Shown here piece after piece: positions 7,769-18,312 of a stretch of DNA of 64,000 nucleotides; within the stretch, counting starts at the first letter, position 1, and each line of letters opens with the position of its first letter. This DNA comes from Armatimonadota bacterium (GTDB lineage Bacteria > Armatimonadota > UBA5829 > DTLH01). A program made the translations under genes and the position numbers. The stretch spans positions 96,001 through 160,000 of the forward strand of contig JBDKUN010000033.1 in the NCBI GenBank assembly GCA_039679675.1, in the 5' to 3' direction. Under the pieces are notes generated by a model. The model saw nothing but the letters and a program-made list of their open reading frames with translations. It was not told the origin of the DNA and ran no database searches.

Positions 7769-10700
7769 ATGCGTTGGGTTGCTGCGATAGTGCTTATTCT
7801 GCTTGCTTCTGGTGTAGCTGCTGCGGCTGATGGTATTGATAGAGCTTCTCTAATGGCGGAAGGCCAGAAAGCCGAACTCGCCGGCAAGTGGTTGGATGCC
7901 GCTTTGGCATATTCCGGAATCCTTGTCGAATCTCCTGATGACCCTGAGATCAACCTGAAAGTGGCAGAAATGCTTATAGGGCTAAATTGGCCGGAAGATG
8001 CAGCTTCGTTTCTTGTAAAAGCACTTGATTCACTTAATAGTGACCCCGGAGCATCAAACGAGCTCAAAATGCAGGTCTGTGATGCTCTCATGAACCGTTT
8101 GCCGGCTGCATTGACATCCAGAAAAGATTATAAATGGAACTCCTATAATGCCCCATTCGATACTTTGCCGCAAGCTGAGAAGATAAGAATATATAGATCA
8201 GTACCCCATGACTGGTTGATAAAATCTAAACTACAAGAAGCATATTTACTTCGAAGTGTATCGGAATATGAAAGAGCAGACTCTCTGGCGCATGCGGCGA
8301 TTATTGAAGGCGATTGGCAATGGGGTGCGGCATACCTGTCAAGCTCCGGCCTGGATAACTTTAACCGCGAGTATCTGCTAAACAAGTGGCGAAAAGAAGC
8401 TGAAAGGACCGACAACCCGATGCTTTGGATAGTGCTTTCCGCTGCTTACGCTCGCACAGCGCGAACCGCGGCTTTTTTCGATACATTTCCACGCGTAATA
8501 AAAGCTGTAAAAAAGTTTGATGAGATGCTGGTCGAGTTGCAGGGAATCTGTGAAGAGTTGAAGTGGGATGATGGTGTTAGTAGAGTCAAAAAGCTATTAC
8601 CACCTCCGATCAGTAAGGAAGAGCCAATCAGCCAAAAAGAGCCAATCAGCCAGATAGAACCAAAAGTTGATCCCTGTCCCAAGTTAAGCAAAGCTGTAGC
8701 TGAAAAGAACCTGAAGCAGGCGGAATTAATCGTGTCGAAGCTTCAGGAGGACAGCCCCAGGCTGCTGAAAGAAGCCGGTACCCCGGAGTTACTTGAAGCA
8801 ATGCTTGTGAATGGTTGGGATGACCTTGCGTTAAAGATAGCACCTCACAGCAACGACCCATATGAATTTTCCCCTGTTGTGATACCTATGATCAAGACAT
8901 CGTTATATAATCGGCCCCAATTAGAGAATCGAATCAAGAATATCCTGAATTACCATTTACCTGAGCAAGTCGCGGAGAAAGTGGAGGAAGTAATCCACGC
9001 TCGTTCTTCTCATTATGATGAAGAACCACAGGATGAAAGGGTCTGGTACCTCGAAAATACTGTAAATTTACTGCCTGAACACACTGTTTTAACGGAATTA
9101 TTGATTGATGAATATGAAAATGAAGGTTATTCCCCGAAGGCGTTCGATGTCGCAATCAGAGCAGCAAAGCTTCCCGGAAAGATAGAAAGTCAGGAATCGC
9201 CGCTGATTACCTACGCAAGAAACTACAATCAATCAAAGGAATCAAATGATAAGTTATTCGAAACCAGGAAACAGCTTTCGGTAGACGAACTTCTTGGTAT
9301 AGCAGCCGAATGTAATGAAAATCAGAATCCGGCCGAGGCGATTCGTTGGATCGATGAGGCAATATCGGTTTCGATAAGCCGGTATTACACGAAAAAGGCG
9401 GCATCAGTCGTACCGGTCTATCCGAATATTCCGCAGAATGAATTGAAAGAAATAGCCTCCAGCACAGAGAATGGCAATAACCCGTTCAGCGGCGGCATCT
9501 ATCGGCTCAGGCTTGATTGCCTGGGTAAGCTCGGACGCAAGAATGAAGCACGTCTCGTGCTTAGTGAGGCAAAAAAGCTTTATCCTAACGAGGATTTCGA
9601 GAATTCTCCAAAAGAGCAGAAAGTTTCAGAAAAACCCGAGTCCGTGATCAGTATTCCGTCCTTGTCAGGCAGTGCCTTTCCCGGTATTTTGCCTATATGC
9701 GCTGTACCAGTGCCGGCTGACCCCGCAGATAACCTTCTCTATCTTAAAGAGCAGGTTAGGGCTGCAGGGCTTCCAAATTCAAATGTCAGCATTCATTACG
9801 CGGTTACGGATCTGGCAAACGCGCTTGCAAAATCATCCGCCAATGAGAACATTGATGTTTTGGCAAGGCAACTGCTGCCGCTAATGCCGAGGTATCAAAA
9901 ACTTCTTGTTTTGTCTGTGGATTTATTCAGGAACCGAATGTCTGCTGTAATTCCACTTGCAAGATGTACATTGTATATTGACAAAAGTTCAAAAGATGGT
10001 CAATTTACAGCTACTTGCTATTGCGCCAGTGCGATTGCCAGGACCGGCGATAATGGATTAGCCTGTGCGTACGCGTTGGCAGCCACTTTAATAGAACCCA
10101 ATCTTTCGCCACTTGATAAATTCTGGAACAAGGCTCCTGCAGGGGGCTGGTATAATTCGTTACCCAAGGCAGATTACGATGAGTTGATGGTACTGCTGGC
10201 CGAAGATCTGCCACACGGCTACCCTTATGATTATGTGAAGGGTATTCCCATAATAAAGCTGGGTGATTTGTATAGGCAGTATTTGGATAGAGTATACCGC
10301 TTAACGGGCACGCTCCGTTCTGAACTCAATCAGAATTCTCTGAATCGGTCCTCATTGCGCATTGACCGGGGGCTCGATGAATTGAGCAAAGGTAATAGAG
10401 ATTGGAAACCATTCACAGCAGCGGATGCTCGCGAACTTGCTGTTTGTATGTTTCAGGAAGGGATGAAAGCCCAGGCAATAAGGTTCCTCGATATCGTTAT
10501 TGCAAATATTGATGAAAATGAAAAACCAAAAGTAATAGAGTTATCGCAAAGGATCAGAGAATTAGATGAGCTTGCTGTGATAGTAACTCCTTACACTCTT
10601 TCGCCTGCCGTAACGGAGTTGCTGGACTCTGGAAAACGCAATGATGCATGGAACTTATGCTGTAAATTCTTCGAAGAAAATGAAATTGTGGAATATAGGG

Positions 10701-11503
10701 CAAAAGCTTTATCCGAAATGGTTAGAATCGATCCGCATAAAGCATTCAGGCTCATAAACACATACATTCCTAATATGCGAATAGGTAATAATGGTCTGTA
10801 TTATATCAACGCTGCAGTTTACCAGCTTCTCCGCAGTGATCCAAAATCAGCAGTGAAAGCGCTACCTGTGTTGAAACGATTGGTAGAAATCAGTAAATAT
10901 GGAACCGAAAACTGTGCCCGTAAATATGGAGCCGAAAACTGTGCTCGTCGCAACTACGCATTGGCGTTGATTCTTGCAGGCCAAAATGATAAGGGTATCG
11001 ATATTTTGTTCCATTTGGATGACCCGCTTTATCATGCATTTAGGATTATAGATGATGCCTGCATACCGAAAAAAATACGGCTTGTTGTTTCAAACGGCTT
11101 AAAAGAATATTTGCGCACCGAGAAACCAAGTATAGCTGGTCTATCGGAAGTGCTGGGGGGGTATGGTGGAGCAACCTCGCAGGATGGCGTTGTTCTTATA
11201 ATGGACTACCTCTCGGAATATATAAGAGACAGAGATTGTTTCATTACAGAAGAATTCATCCAGAAGGTTTATAATGTTCAGTTCAGTTTTATTAGTGATA
11301 AGATTGAACCTGAAGTAAAGGATACCGTATATACCTTTTTTAAAACGGTTATTCTGAAAGCAGCAGCCACTCCGGGAGATAAAAGGGAGTTGGGTGCATG
11401 GTTGCTTAACAGATCTGAAGGTCCTATTTGCATGGGCTATGGTACAACGAAACAATTCAAACAATTGTATAATTTCGCCATTAATCTTTATAACGGAGGA
11501 TAA
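7769..11503 (+). CDS. Large secreted helical-repeat (TPR-like) hypothetical protein
   Basis: 1244-aa ORF, GGGAGG RBS, signal peptide, TPR-like helices. Confidence 0.7.
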   Translation: MRWVAAIVLILLASGVAAAADGIDRASLMAEGQKAELAGKWLDAALAYSGILVESPDDPEINLKVAEMLIGLNWPEDAASFLVKALDSLNSDPGASNELKMQVCDALMNRLPAALTSRKDYKWNSYNAPFDTLPQAEKIRIYRSVPHDWLIKSKLQEAYLLRSVSEYERADSLAHAAIIEGDWQWGAAYLSSSGLDNFNREYLLNKWRKEAERTDNPMLWIVLSAAYARTARTAAFFDTFPRVIKAVKKFDEMLVELQGICEELKWDDGVSRVKKLLPPPISKEEPISQKEPISQIEPKVDPCPKLSKAVAEKNLKQAELIVSKLQEDSPRLLKEAGTPELLEAMLVNGWDDLALKIAPHSNDPYEFSPVVIPMIKTSLYNRPQLENRIKNILNYHLPEQVAEKVEEVIHARSSHYDEEPQDERVWYLENTVNLLPEHTVLTELLIDEYENEGYSPKAFDVAIRAAKLPGKIESQESPLITYARNYNQSKESNDKLFETRKQLSVDELLGIAAECNENQNPAEAIRWIDEAISVSISRYYTKKAASVVPVYPNIPQNELKEIASSTENGNNPFSGGIYRLRLDCLGKLGRKNEARLVLSEAKKLYPNEDFENSPKEQKVSEKPESVISIPSLSGSAFPGILPICAVPVPADPADNLLYLKEQVRAAGLPNSNVSIHYAVTDLANALAKSSANENIDVLARQLLPLMPRYQKLLVLSVDLFRNRMSAVIPLARCTLYIDKSSKDGQFTATCYCASAIARTGDNGLACAYALAATLIEPNLSPLDKFWNKAPAGGWYNSLPKADYDELMVLLAEDLPHGYPYDYVKGIPIIKLGDLYRQYLDRVYRLTGTLRSELNQNSLNRSSLRIDRGLDELSKGNRDWKPFTAADARELAVCMFQEGMKAQAIRFLDIVIANIDENEKPKVIELSQRIRELDELAVIVTPYTLSPAVTELLDSGKRNDAWNLCCKFFEENEIVEYRAKALSEMVRIDPHKAFRLINTYIPNMRIGNNGLYYINAAVYQLLRSDPKSAVKALPVLKRLVEISKYGTENCARKYGAENCARRNYALALILAGQNDKGIDILFHLDDPLYHAFRIIDDACIPKKIRLVVSNGLKEYLRTEKPSIAGLSEVLGGYGGATSQDGVVLIMDYLSEYIRDRDCFITEEFIQKVYNVQFSFISDKIEPEVKDTVYTFFKTVILKAAATPGDKRELGAWLLNRSEGPICMGYGTTKQFKQLYNFAINLYNGG

Positions 11504-11516
11504 ACTGGAGGTAACG

Positions 11517-12308
11517 ATGAGACTTGTAGCTTGTATGGTAGCAGTAGTAATGACATTGGGTGGGGCGGTTATGGCGCAGCAAGCATTTGTGCAACCTACG
11601 CCGCTCACTTTCCGCGTTACGGGGCAGGCTGAGGCTATGCCTGAGTATGCCGTTATACGTATTGCGGCTGATGGAGAAGGAGAGACATTAACAAAAGCCC
11701 AGGGTATGCAGACCCTGGTAGAGAATCGTATCCTGAATGTACTGGACAAGTACGGCATCAAAAGAAATGCCATTCAGACGTATAAGTTCGATGTGACACC
11801 TATACTTCCGGCATCAAACTCATCATCATATTCGTCGTCAAGGTCATCATCAGATGGTATGGCCCAAGTTGGATACAATGTTAGGCGCGAGTACAAGATC
11901 ACGATACCGGTCAATATAGAATCGCTCGACAAGCTGCTGGAGATTACCGATGCGTGTTTGAAGGAAGGCGCGAAGCTGTATCTGCCATTTGACTCATCCT
12001 CCGGATCCTGGAGCAGTAGTCAGAAGAATACCTCGATTATAGAGTTCATGCAGATTGATACGACAGCACTTACGCAGAAGGCTATGAACGATGCAATCGC
12101 ACGTGCACGTAAACTCGCTGAAGATGCAGCCAAGGGGATGGGCAAGACAAGTGCCAATCTTGTAAAAGTGCAAATGATTGGTTCGCAAAACACAACTACT
12201 ATGCGGACATCAAGCAGTAGTTATGATTATACTCCGATAACCACAGTACCTGCTTGGGAACCGATTAAGGTATCCGTTACGGTAGAAACATCTTTCTCCT
12301 GTGACTAA
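11517..12308 (+). CDS. SIMPL/DUF541 domain periplasmic protein
   Basis: Signal peptide; VTGQAEAMPEYA..AMNDAIARARKLAE..VSVTVETSF pattern; GGAGG RBS before ATG 11517. Confidence 0.75.
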   Translation: MRLVACMVAVVMTLGGAVMAQQAFVQPTPLTFRVTGQAEAMPEYAVIRIAADGEGETLTKAQGMQTLVENRILNVLDKYGIKRNAIQTYKFDVTPILPASNSSSYSSSRSSSDGMAQVGYNVRREYKITIPVNIESLDKLLEITDACLKEGAKLYLPFDSSSGSWSSSQKNTSIIEFMQIDTTALTQKAMNDAIARARKLAEDAAKGMGKTSANLVKVQMIGSQNTTTMRTSSSSYDYTPITTVPAWEPIKVSVTVETSFSCD

Positions 12309-12384
12309 TGGTAAAATATCCCTCCGAGTCCACACCGGAGGGCTAACCTCTCCATTTGACAGCAGGGTGCTGCCGGGATAGAAT

Positions 12385-14421
12385 TTGACTACGATGAAGA
12401 CTCCTTCTAAACCCACACATGCACCCGGACTGTTCACAGCGGTGCTCGTGATCGCTTTACTGGTTCTGGCTCCGTTCATCGGCGGCAGGGATTCGGTGAT
12501 CGAGACTGCTCTTTTGGCTTCGGTCGCGCTGATCGCCTTAGGAACGATGATTCTCAGCCATCGGTTTAGCAATCCCATCGGTGTATGGCCGTTTGCCGTA
12601 TTTGTCGGGCTTATTGCGGCATCATCCATAGTCACCGTCAGCCTCCATGCCACCATTGAGCAGACTTTATACTTCGCCGCGTGTGCTGCAGCGGCGATAG
12701 CTGCATCGTCGTCTCTTCGGAGCGACAAGAGGTTCGTCACTGCGCTCCTTGCGCTTACCGGAGTGGGGCTGGTGCTCGGAGCTATGGCCGTTGTGGAGTA
12801 TTGGGAGTCAGGTAACGGCTGGCGGGTGTTCGGCCCGTTTTATAACCCCGGCTACTTCGGCGGTTACCTCGTAATGATCGTCCCGGTGGCGCTTGCCGTT
12901 TTTCTCTCAAGCCGGTCGGCGGCTGTGGCAGCAGGAGGCGGACTTGCCTTTGGGTTTTCCTTCGCAGCACTGCTCCTTACAGGGACCCGTTTCGCACTTG
13001 TTTTCTCTCTGGTCTCGATCATTCTCTTCTTCATTCTTGCAATATTATGCAGAGCAATCAGAAAAAAACAGTTGATCCATATTGCAGTCGCGGTGCTCAT
13101 CGCTCTCGTTGCAGTTTCTTTATGCAGAACTACGGTAGAAAGCCGTGTCGAGGGCAAAGCTGCTGCTCAGCAGTCCCACTCGTTCCCATTCAGGGTTGCG
13201 ACTTGGAAAGGGACAGCGAATATAGTACGCAAGCACCCGGTTCTGGGGACCGGCGCAGGGACATTCGAACTGGTATTCCAGCAATATATGGTCGCGGGCT
13301 ATACCCGTGTTGCGCATAACAGTTACCTGGAACTCGCCAGTGATGCCGGAGTTCCTGCTCTTGCCGCAGGTGCTGCGGCGTTCGGCATATTGTTCTTTGC
13401 CGGTCTCAAAAACCTGCGCCGCGAAGATGATGAAGGGGACAAATCCCAATTCCTTCTGCCGCATGGAGCGGTGCTTATGGCGTGCGCTCTGGCAGCGGCG
13501 CTTGTCGGGGCGCTTGCCCGAAACCTTTTCGATTCGGATATTTACAACCCTGGAATAGGGTTCACTTTCTGGACGCTGGCGGGCGTACTCGCAGCCCGTG
13601 CCCCTGTCAAAACAGAAGCCAAACCATCAGTAGCAGCCCGTGCCGGGACAGCCGCTCTGATTGGTGTGATGATAGTCATGTGGTCGCTTTTTGCAATGGC
13701 CAGGCATTCAGCTGACGCAGCGATGGAGTCGATAAAGTCCGGCGATCTTGCCGCAGGTATCGATTATCTTCGTTCGGCGGCTGTTTATGATCCTCTCTGC
13801 GGCGAATACCGGATGCAGCTTGGGCAGACACTTGTGTATGCGTCCGGTAATGATGAAGCCCAGTGGAAAGAAGAGGTTTCATCGCTTAATAAGGCTATCA
13901 GTCTGGAACCGACAAGAGCGCGGAATATGATCGCACTTGGCCGGATTTTACGCGCAAAAGGCGACGATAACGGCGCAATCCGTATGTTCGGAAAGGCACT
14001 AATTGCGGACCCACATGCCACACCTGCAATGGTGGCAATGGCGGAGATCTGGAAACAATCGAAAGAGACGCTGTCTGAAGCCGAGCTGATGTACGAGCGG
14101 CTCATAGATCAAGAAAAAAGCCCTGTCGAGGAGCTTCGAGGTGTGCCGGAAATTGTCAACCCGGACTATGTCTGGGCCCATTTCTACTTTGGAACGAAAT
14201 ATCTCTCGGATAAAGACTGGAATGATGCAGAAGAACAGTTCAGCGCCGTAATTGAAAGGCTTGAGCTCAGAGAATCATACACAGTCCAGCGGCAGGCAGC
14301 TGAGGCATCAGGGATGGTCGATTCCGCGGAGGAATCTGCTCTTAATAGCGTGCTGCAGCGCTCAAAAGACGGGCTTGCCAAGGCAAAAGAGAATGAAGTG
14401 AGGGCAGACGATGCCCGCTAA
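12385..14421 (+). CDS. O-antigen ligase (Wzy_C) family membrane protein with C-terminal TPRs
   Basis: GPFYNPGYFGGYL, LTGTR, HPVLGTGAGTF and AHNSYLELASDAG motifs; many TM helices; TPR tail. Confidence 0.85.
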   Translation: MTTMKTPSKPTHAPGLFTAVLVIALLVLAPFIGGRDSVIETALLASVALIALGTMILSHRFSNPIGVWPFAVFVGLIAASSIVTVSLHATIEQTLYFAACAAAAIAASSSLRSDKRFVTALLALTGVGLVLGAMAVVEYWESGNGWRVFGPFYNPGYFGGYLVMIVPVALAVFLSSRSAAVAAGGGLAFGFSFAALLLTGTRFALVFSLVSIILFFILAILCRAIRKKQLIHIAVAVLIALVAVSLCRTTVESRVEGKAAAQQSHSFPFRVATWKGTANIVRKHPVLGTGAGTFELVFQQYMVAGYTRVAHNSYLELASDAGVPALAAGAAAFGILFFAGLKNLRREDDEGDKSQFLLPHGAVLMACALAAALVGALARNLFDSDIYNPGIGFTFWTLAGVLAARAPVKTEAKPSVAARAGTAALIGVMIVMWSLFAMARHSADAAMESIKSGDLAAGIDYLRSAAVYDPLCGEYRMQLGQTLVYASGNDEAQWKEEVSSLNKAISLEPTRARNMIALGRILRAKGDDNGAIRMFGKALIADPHATPAMVAMAEIWKQSKETLSEAELMYERLIDQEKSPVEELRGVPEIVNPDYVWAHFYFGTKYLSDKDWNDAEEQFSAVIERLELRESYTVQRQAAEASGMVDSAEESALNSVLQRSKDGLAKAKENEVRADDAR

Positions 14422-15298
14422 TGGGATTATTGTGCATTGCCGCGCTAAAATCAACCTGACGCTCGATATTCTCGACAAGAGGCCGGACGGATACCATAAT
14501 TTAAAGAGCGTTATGCAGTCCGTCGATGTAGTGGATACGTTGCGTATCGAAAAAAACACCGCTGGCTCTATAAAAATCACAGCCAGCCTGCCCGATCTTC
14601 CGACAGGCCCCGGAAACACTGTATATTCTGCTTCCGAACTCTTCTTTTCGGCTGCAGAGATCAACAGTGGCATCACGATCTTCATCGAAAAACGTATTCC
14701 ACATCAGGCAGGGATGGGGGGAGGCTCAAGCGATGCAGCTGGAGCGCTTTTAGGCCTCAACAAGCTGTTCGGTTCTCCTCTTTCCTTGGCTGAACTGACC
14801 GATCTTGCCGCTCAGATAGGGTCGGATGTCCCGTATTTCCTGTATGGAGGAACCGCTGTAATCAGTGGGCGGGGAGAGATCGTAGAGAAGCTGCCTGATG
14901 CGCCGAAACTCGACCTCGTGGTCGTAAAACCTGATGTTGGCGTTCCGACAGCCTGGGCGTATAAGCAGTTAGCAGAAACAGACCGGCTGAGATCATCTGC
15001 TTCTACTGACTTTATGATCGACGCGATAAAGAGGGGAGACAGAGCAGCAGTCATAGGCAATATATCGAACGACTTCGATGATATTGTCGCTATGGAGTTT
15101 TCTGAGATCGCAGAGATCAAAAACAGGCTTTTGTCGCTTGGCGCGGAGCGGGCGATGCTTTCTGGAAGCGGCGCAGCGGTTTTCGGCGTGTTTGATAGCT
15201 CAGATGAAGCCGCCGAAGCTGTCGAAATGTTGAAAACGGATTATCCTTTTGTTGTGGCAACTGCTGCCACGGCAGAAGCTGTATGTATGGAGATGTAA
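14411..15298 (+). CDS. ispE: 4-diphosphocytidyl-2C-methyl-D-erythritol kinase
   Basis: AKINLTLDI..RPDGYH, KRIPHQAGMGGGSSDAA, IGSDVP and MLSGSG motifs. Confidence 0.95.
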   Translation: MPANGIIVHCRAKINLTLDILDKRPDGYHNLKSVMQSVDVVDTLRIEKNTAGSIKITASLPDLPTGPGNTVYSASELFFSAAEINSGITIFIEKRIPHQAGMGGGSSDAAGALLGLNKLFGSPLSLAELTDLAAQIGSDVPYFLYGGTAVISGRGEIVEKLPDAPKLDLVVVKPDVGVPTAWAYKQLAETDRLRSSASTDFMIDAIKRGDRAAVIGNISNDFDDIVAMEFSEIAEIKNRLLSLGAERAMLSGSGAAVFGVFDSSDEAAEAVEMLKTDYPFVVATAATAEAVCMEM

Positions 15299-16066
15299 AT
15301 GTCGAAAGTTGACGTGATTATAATGGCCGGAGCTCCGGCTGACCCGGATATGTGCGCTCCCGGCGAGGAGATAAGCCGGGCGATGATAAAGATCGCCGGT
15401 AAAACAATGATCCAGTGGATTATGGACGCGCTGAACAAATCGGAGACCATCCACAGGAAGATCGCAGTAGGCGATGTCACGGCGGATGGACTGGACGAAG
15501 TTGTTCAACCTGGTTCAGGATTTTTGGATAATCTTATGCTTGGGCTGGAGCGATGCCAGGGCGCTGACCGGGTGCTGGTGATGACATCCGATATACCGAT
15601 GCTCACGCCGGAAGCCGTGGACGACTATGTGAACCGTGCCATAGACTCCGGCGGTGATATGTGCTATCCGATTGTCACACAAAGAGCTTGTCTCGAAAAA
15701 TATCCTCATATGAAACGCACTTATCTCAAGACCGCTGAGGGGATGTTCACCGGCGGAAATATGATGATTCTCAGCACCGGGTTCCTAAAGCGAAACCAGG
15801 AGCTTATATCGGAGGCCTATAACGCGCGGAAAAACCCGGTGAAACTGGCATCCATGATTGGGTTCGGGTTTCTGTTCAGATTGATCCTCGCTCAGGTGCT
15901 GGCTCCGTCCCTGTTGCCTATCCCCATGCTGGAGAGGTCTCTGTCGAAAGCGCTCAAGTGTAAAATAGTTGCTATACGGACTGATTATCCTGAAATCGGG
16001 GCCGATGTTGATAAACCGTCCGATCTCTCGGATGTCCAGACTGTGCTTGGTGAGAGAAGGATTTAG
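15299..16066 (+). CDS. MobA-like nucleotidyltransferase family protein
   Basis: VIIMAG, SDIPMLTPEAV, FTGGN and IGADVDKPSD motifs. Confidence 0.75.
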   Translation: MSKVDVIIMAGAPADPDMCAPGEEISRAMIKIAGKTMIQWIMDALNKSETIHRKIAVGDVTADGLDEVVQPGSGFLDNLMLGLERCQGADRVLVMTSDIPMLTPEAVDDYVNRAIDSGGDMCYPIVTQRACLEKYPHMKRTYLKTAEGMFTGGNMMILSTGFLKRNQELISEAYNARKNPVKLASMIGFGFLFRLILAQVLAPSLLPIPMLERSLSKALKCKIVAIRTDYPEIGADVDKPSDLSDVQTVLGERRI

Positions 16067-16332
16067 GGCTTGCTCGGTAGGGATTTGCAATCCCTGCCGG
16101 AGAGGCAAGATTAGGCTGCTATTACACATCCGGCTTATGTAAGTCCGGGCTGCATTGCAAATACAGCCCGAGTAGGGCACGAATTTCCACTAATCCCGTC
16201 TGGTGGCTGAATGCTGATTACTGAAAGCTTGCTAATTCATTGAATTGGCCGATATTGCTTGCTATAATACATCTGGCTGGCGGGCGGTGTTGCCCGTATA
16301 GGCGCCCGGAGCCGCAACTTGAGGGTATATTT

Positions 16333-17175
16333 ATGAGAGAGATAGACACATCTGCTATCACAAGTGCCGTTGCGGCGGCATGCATGGCAGCCAACTATGA
16401 ATTGCCTGAAGACGTCGAAAGAGCGCTTCAAAGTGGATTGGTAAATGAAGAATCTTCCGTAGGAAAGGATATCTTCCGCCAACTCATCGAAAATGCCAGG
16501 ATTGCCCGCGAAGAATCAGTCCCAATCTGCCAGGATACCGGCTTTACGGTGATATTTGTCCGCATTGGACAAGAAGTTCATATCACTGGAGGCGGGTTGG
16601 CCGACGCCATAAACGAAGGCGTCAGGCGAGGCTATGCTGAAGGTTTCCTCCGAAAGTCGATAGTCGCTCACCCCCTGGAGCGAGTCAATACTGGTGATAA
16701 CACCCCCGCAATCATCCACACAGACATTATTCCCGGCGATCAACTTTATATTACTATTGCTCCCAAAGGCGGAGGCAGTGGAAATATGAGTGGTGTTCGC
16801 ATGTTGAAGCCTTCGGACGGTGTTGAGGGTGTCAAGAAGTATGTCGTGGAGTTGGTGAAGTCAGCCGGGTCTAATCCCTGTCCGCCTATCATAATTGGTG
16901 TAGGTATCGGCGGAACGATGGAGAAGGCTGCAATCATGGCGATGGACGCAGTGCTCCGTGAGGTCGGTAAGCACAGCGATAAAGCATACGATGCGGCACT
17001 CGAAGAGGATCTGCTTCAGTTGGTAAACGATACAGGAGTAGGCCCTGCAGGGCTTGGCGGCCGGATAACCGCGCTCGCGGTAAATGTGGAGACATATCCC
17101 GCGCATATCGCAAGCCTGCCGGTCGCCGTAAATATCCAGTGCCACGCAGCGCGGCACAAGGAGATAATACTTTAG
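16333..17175 (+). CDS. Fe-S fumarate hydratase class I, alpha subunit
   Basis: PICQDTG, NTGDNTPA, PKGGGS, NPCPP and IQCHAARH motifs; likely start ATG 16333. Confidence 0.92.
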   Translation: MREIDTSAITSAVAAACMAANYELPEDVERALQSGLVNEESSVGKDIFRQLIENARIAREESVPICQDTGFTVIFVRIGQEVHITGGGLADAINEGVRRGYAEGFLRKSIVAHPLERVNTGDNTPAIIHTDIIPGDQLYITIAPKGGGSGNMSGVRMLKPSDGVEGVKKYVVELVKSAGSNPCPPIIIGVGIGGTMEKAAIMAMDAVLREVGKHSDKAYDAALEEDLLQLVNDTGVGPAGLGGRITALAVNVETYPAHIASLPVAVNIQCHAARHKEIIL

Positions 17176-17201
17176 GGAACAGGTGATAGGGAACAGAATC
17201 A

Positions 17202-17372
17202 CGTCACCCTGAGCTTGACTCAGGGTCCATTTTCTTCCTGGATGCTGAACCAAGTTCAGCATGACGTATTCCCTTTGCTTCGGACTGCTTGCTGCCGAAG
17301 CGTCCGCCGCAGGCGGACTTTACCCTATGCTTCGGGACCGCAGTTCGTCCCGAAGCACGACATTCACAAATT
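17202..17372. repeat. REP-like palindromic intergenic elements
   Basis: CGTCACCCTGAG..GATGCTGAACCAAGTTCAGCATGACG double-hairpin unit (17202-17266), then a ~98-bp element (17275-17372) homologous to 2123-2305. Confidence 0.8.
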
Positions 17373-17416
17373 CCTCCCTACTGATTGCTGATAGCTAAAA
17401 AAAGCGAGAAAAGAAT

Positions 17417-17986
17417 ATGAAAGAACCAATAAGACTTACAACACCAATATCGGAAGAGGATGTTCGGAATCTTCGGGCGGGAGACCAGGTTCTCTTGTCC
17501 GGCGTGATATACACCGGGCGGGATGCAGCTCATAAGAGGTTGATTGAGCTTCTACAGGCAGGAAAAGAGCTGCCATTCGATATAAATGGGCAGATTATTT
17601 ATTATGTTGGGCCGTCGCCTGCAAAACCGGGCGAGGTTATCGGCTCAGCTGGCCCGACCACAAGCGGGCGGATGGACGTCTATGCCCCCGCGCTCATCGA
17701 ACTCGGTCTTAAAGGCATGATAGGAAAGGGACTCCGTAATCAGACAGTAATCGATGCCATGAAGAAGCATGGAGCTGTTTATTTCGGAGCTACCGGCGGA
17801 GCAGCTGCTCTTCTTGCAAAAAGGATCAAGGCCTGCGAGGTCGTGGCTTACGAAGATCTGGGGACTGAGGCTGTTTGCAGGTTGATGGTCGAGGACTTTC
17901 CTGTTGTAGTTGTGAACGATACTCATGGCGGAGACCTTTATAAAGAAGGGGTGAAGTCATATGAGCGAGTATCAGGAGAAGCCTGA
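17417..17986 (+). CDS. Fe-S fumarate hydratase class I, beta subunit
   Basis: TGRDAAHKR, YYVGP, AGPTTSGRMD, GMIGKG and EDLGTEAV motifs. Confidence 0.92.
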   Translation: MKEPIRLTTPISEEDVRNLRAGDQVLLSGVIYTGRDAAHKRLIELLQAGKELPFDINGQIIYYVGPSPAKPGEVIGSAGPTTSGRMDVYAPALIELGLKGMIGKGLRNQTVIDAMKKHGAVYFGATGGAAALLAKRIKACEVVAYEDLGTEAVCRLMVEDFPVVVVNDTHGGDLYKEGVKSYERVSGEA

Positions 17987-17987
17987 T

Positions 17988-18239
17988 TTGCCTATTCAAC
18001 TATTGGCAGCAATAGTCATAGCAGCTAATGTGCTTGTTGTAGTGATGTTTATCCGTCGTCGTTATCTGGAAAAAAACAGTAAATTCCCCTTTGCAATAAT
18101 AGCAGCAAGTCTTGCAGTCCAAGATATAGCTTTGTTTACGAGTAAAACAGCATTTGTATATTTACAGGCATTTGCGTTATATTTATTATTCTTTGGTATG
18201 CTGATCAATATTTTTATTGGTCGCAACAAGCAAGATTAG
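17988..18239 (+). CDS. Small AT-rich hypothetical membrane protein
   Basis: Three hydrophobic segments; possible TTG start at 17988 after AGGAG. Confidence 0.5.
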   Translation: MPIQLLAAIVIAANVLVVVMFIRRRYLEKNSKFPFAIIAASLAVQDIALFTSKTAFVYLQAFALYLLFFGMLINIFIGRNKQD

Positions 18240-18312
18240 TGGCGAAATCCGCTTAATCCGCGTGATTCGCGTTTCTAAAGCTGATCGCTATAACGTCGAA
18301 AGGAGAATATTC

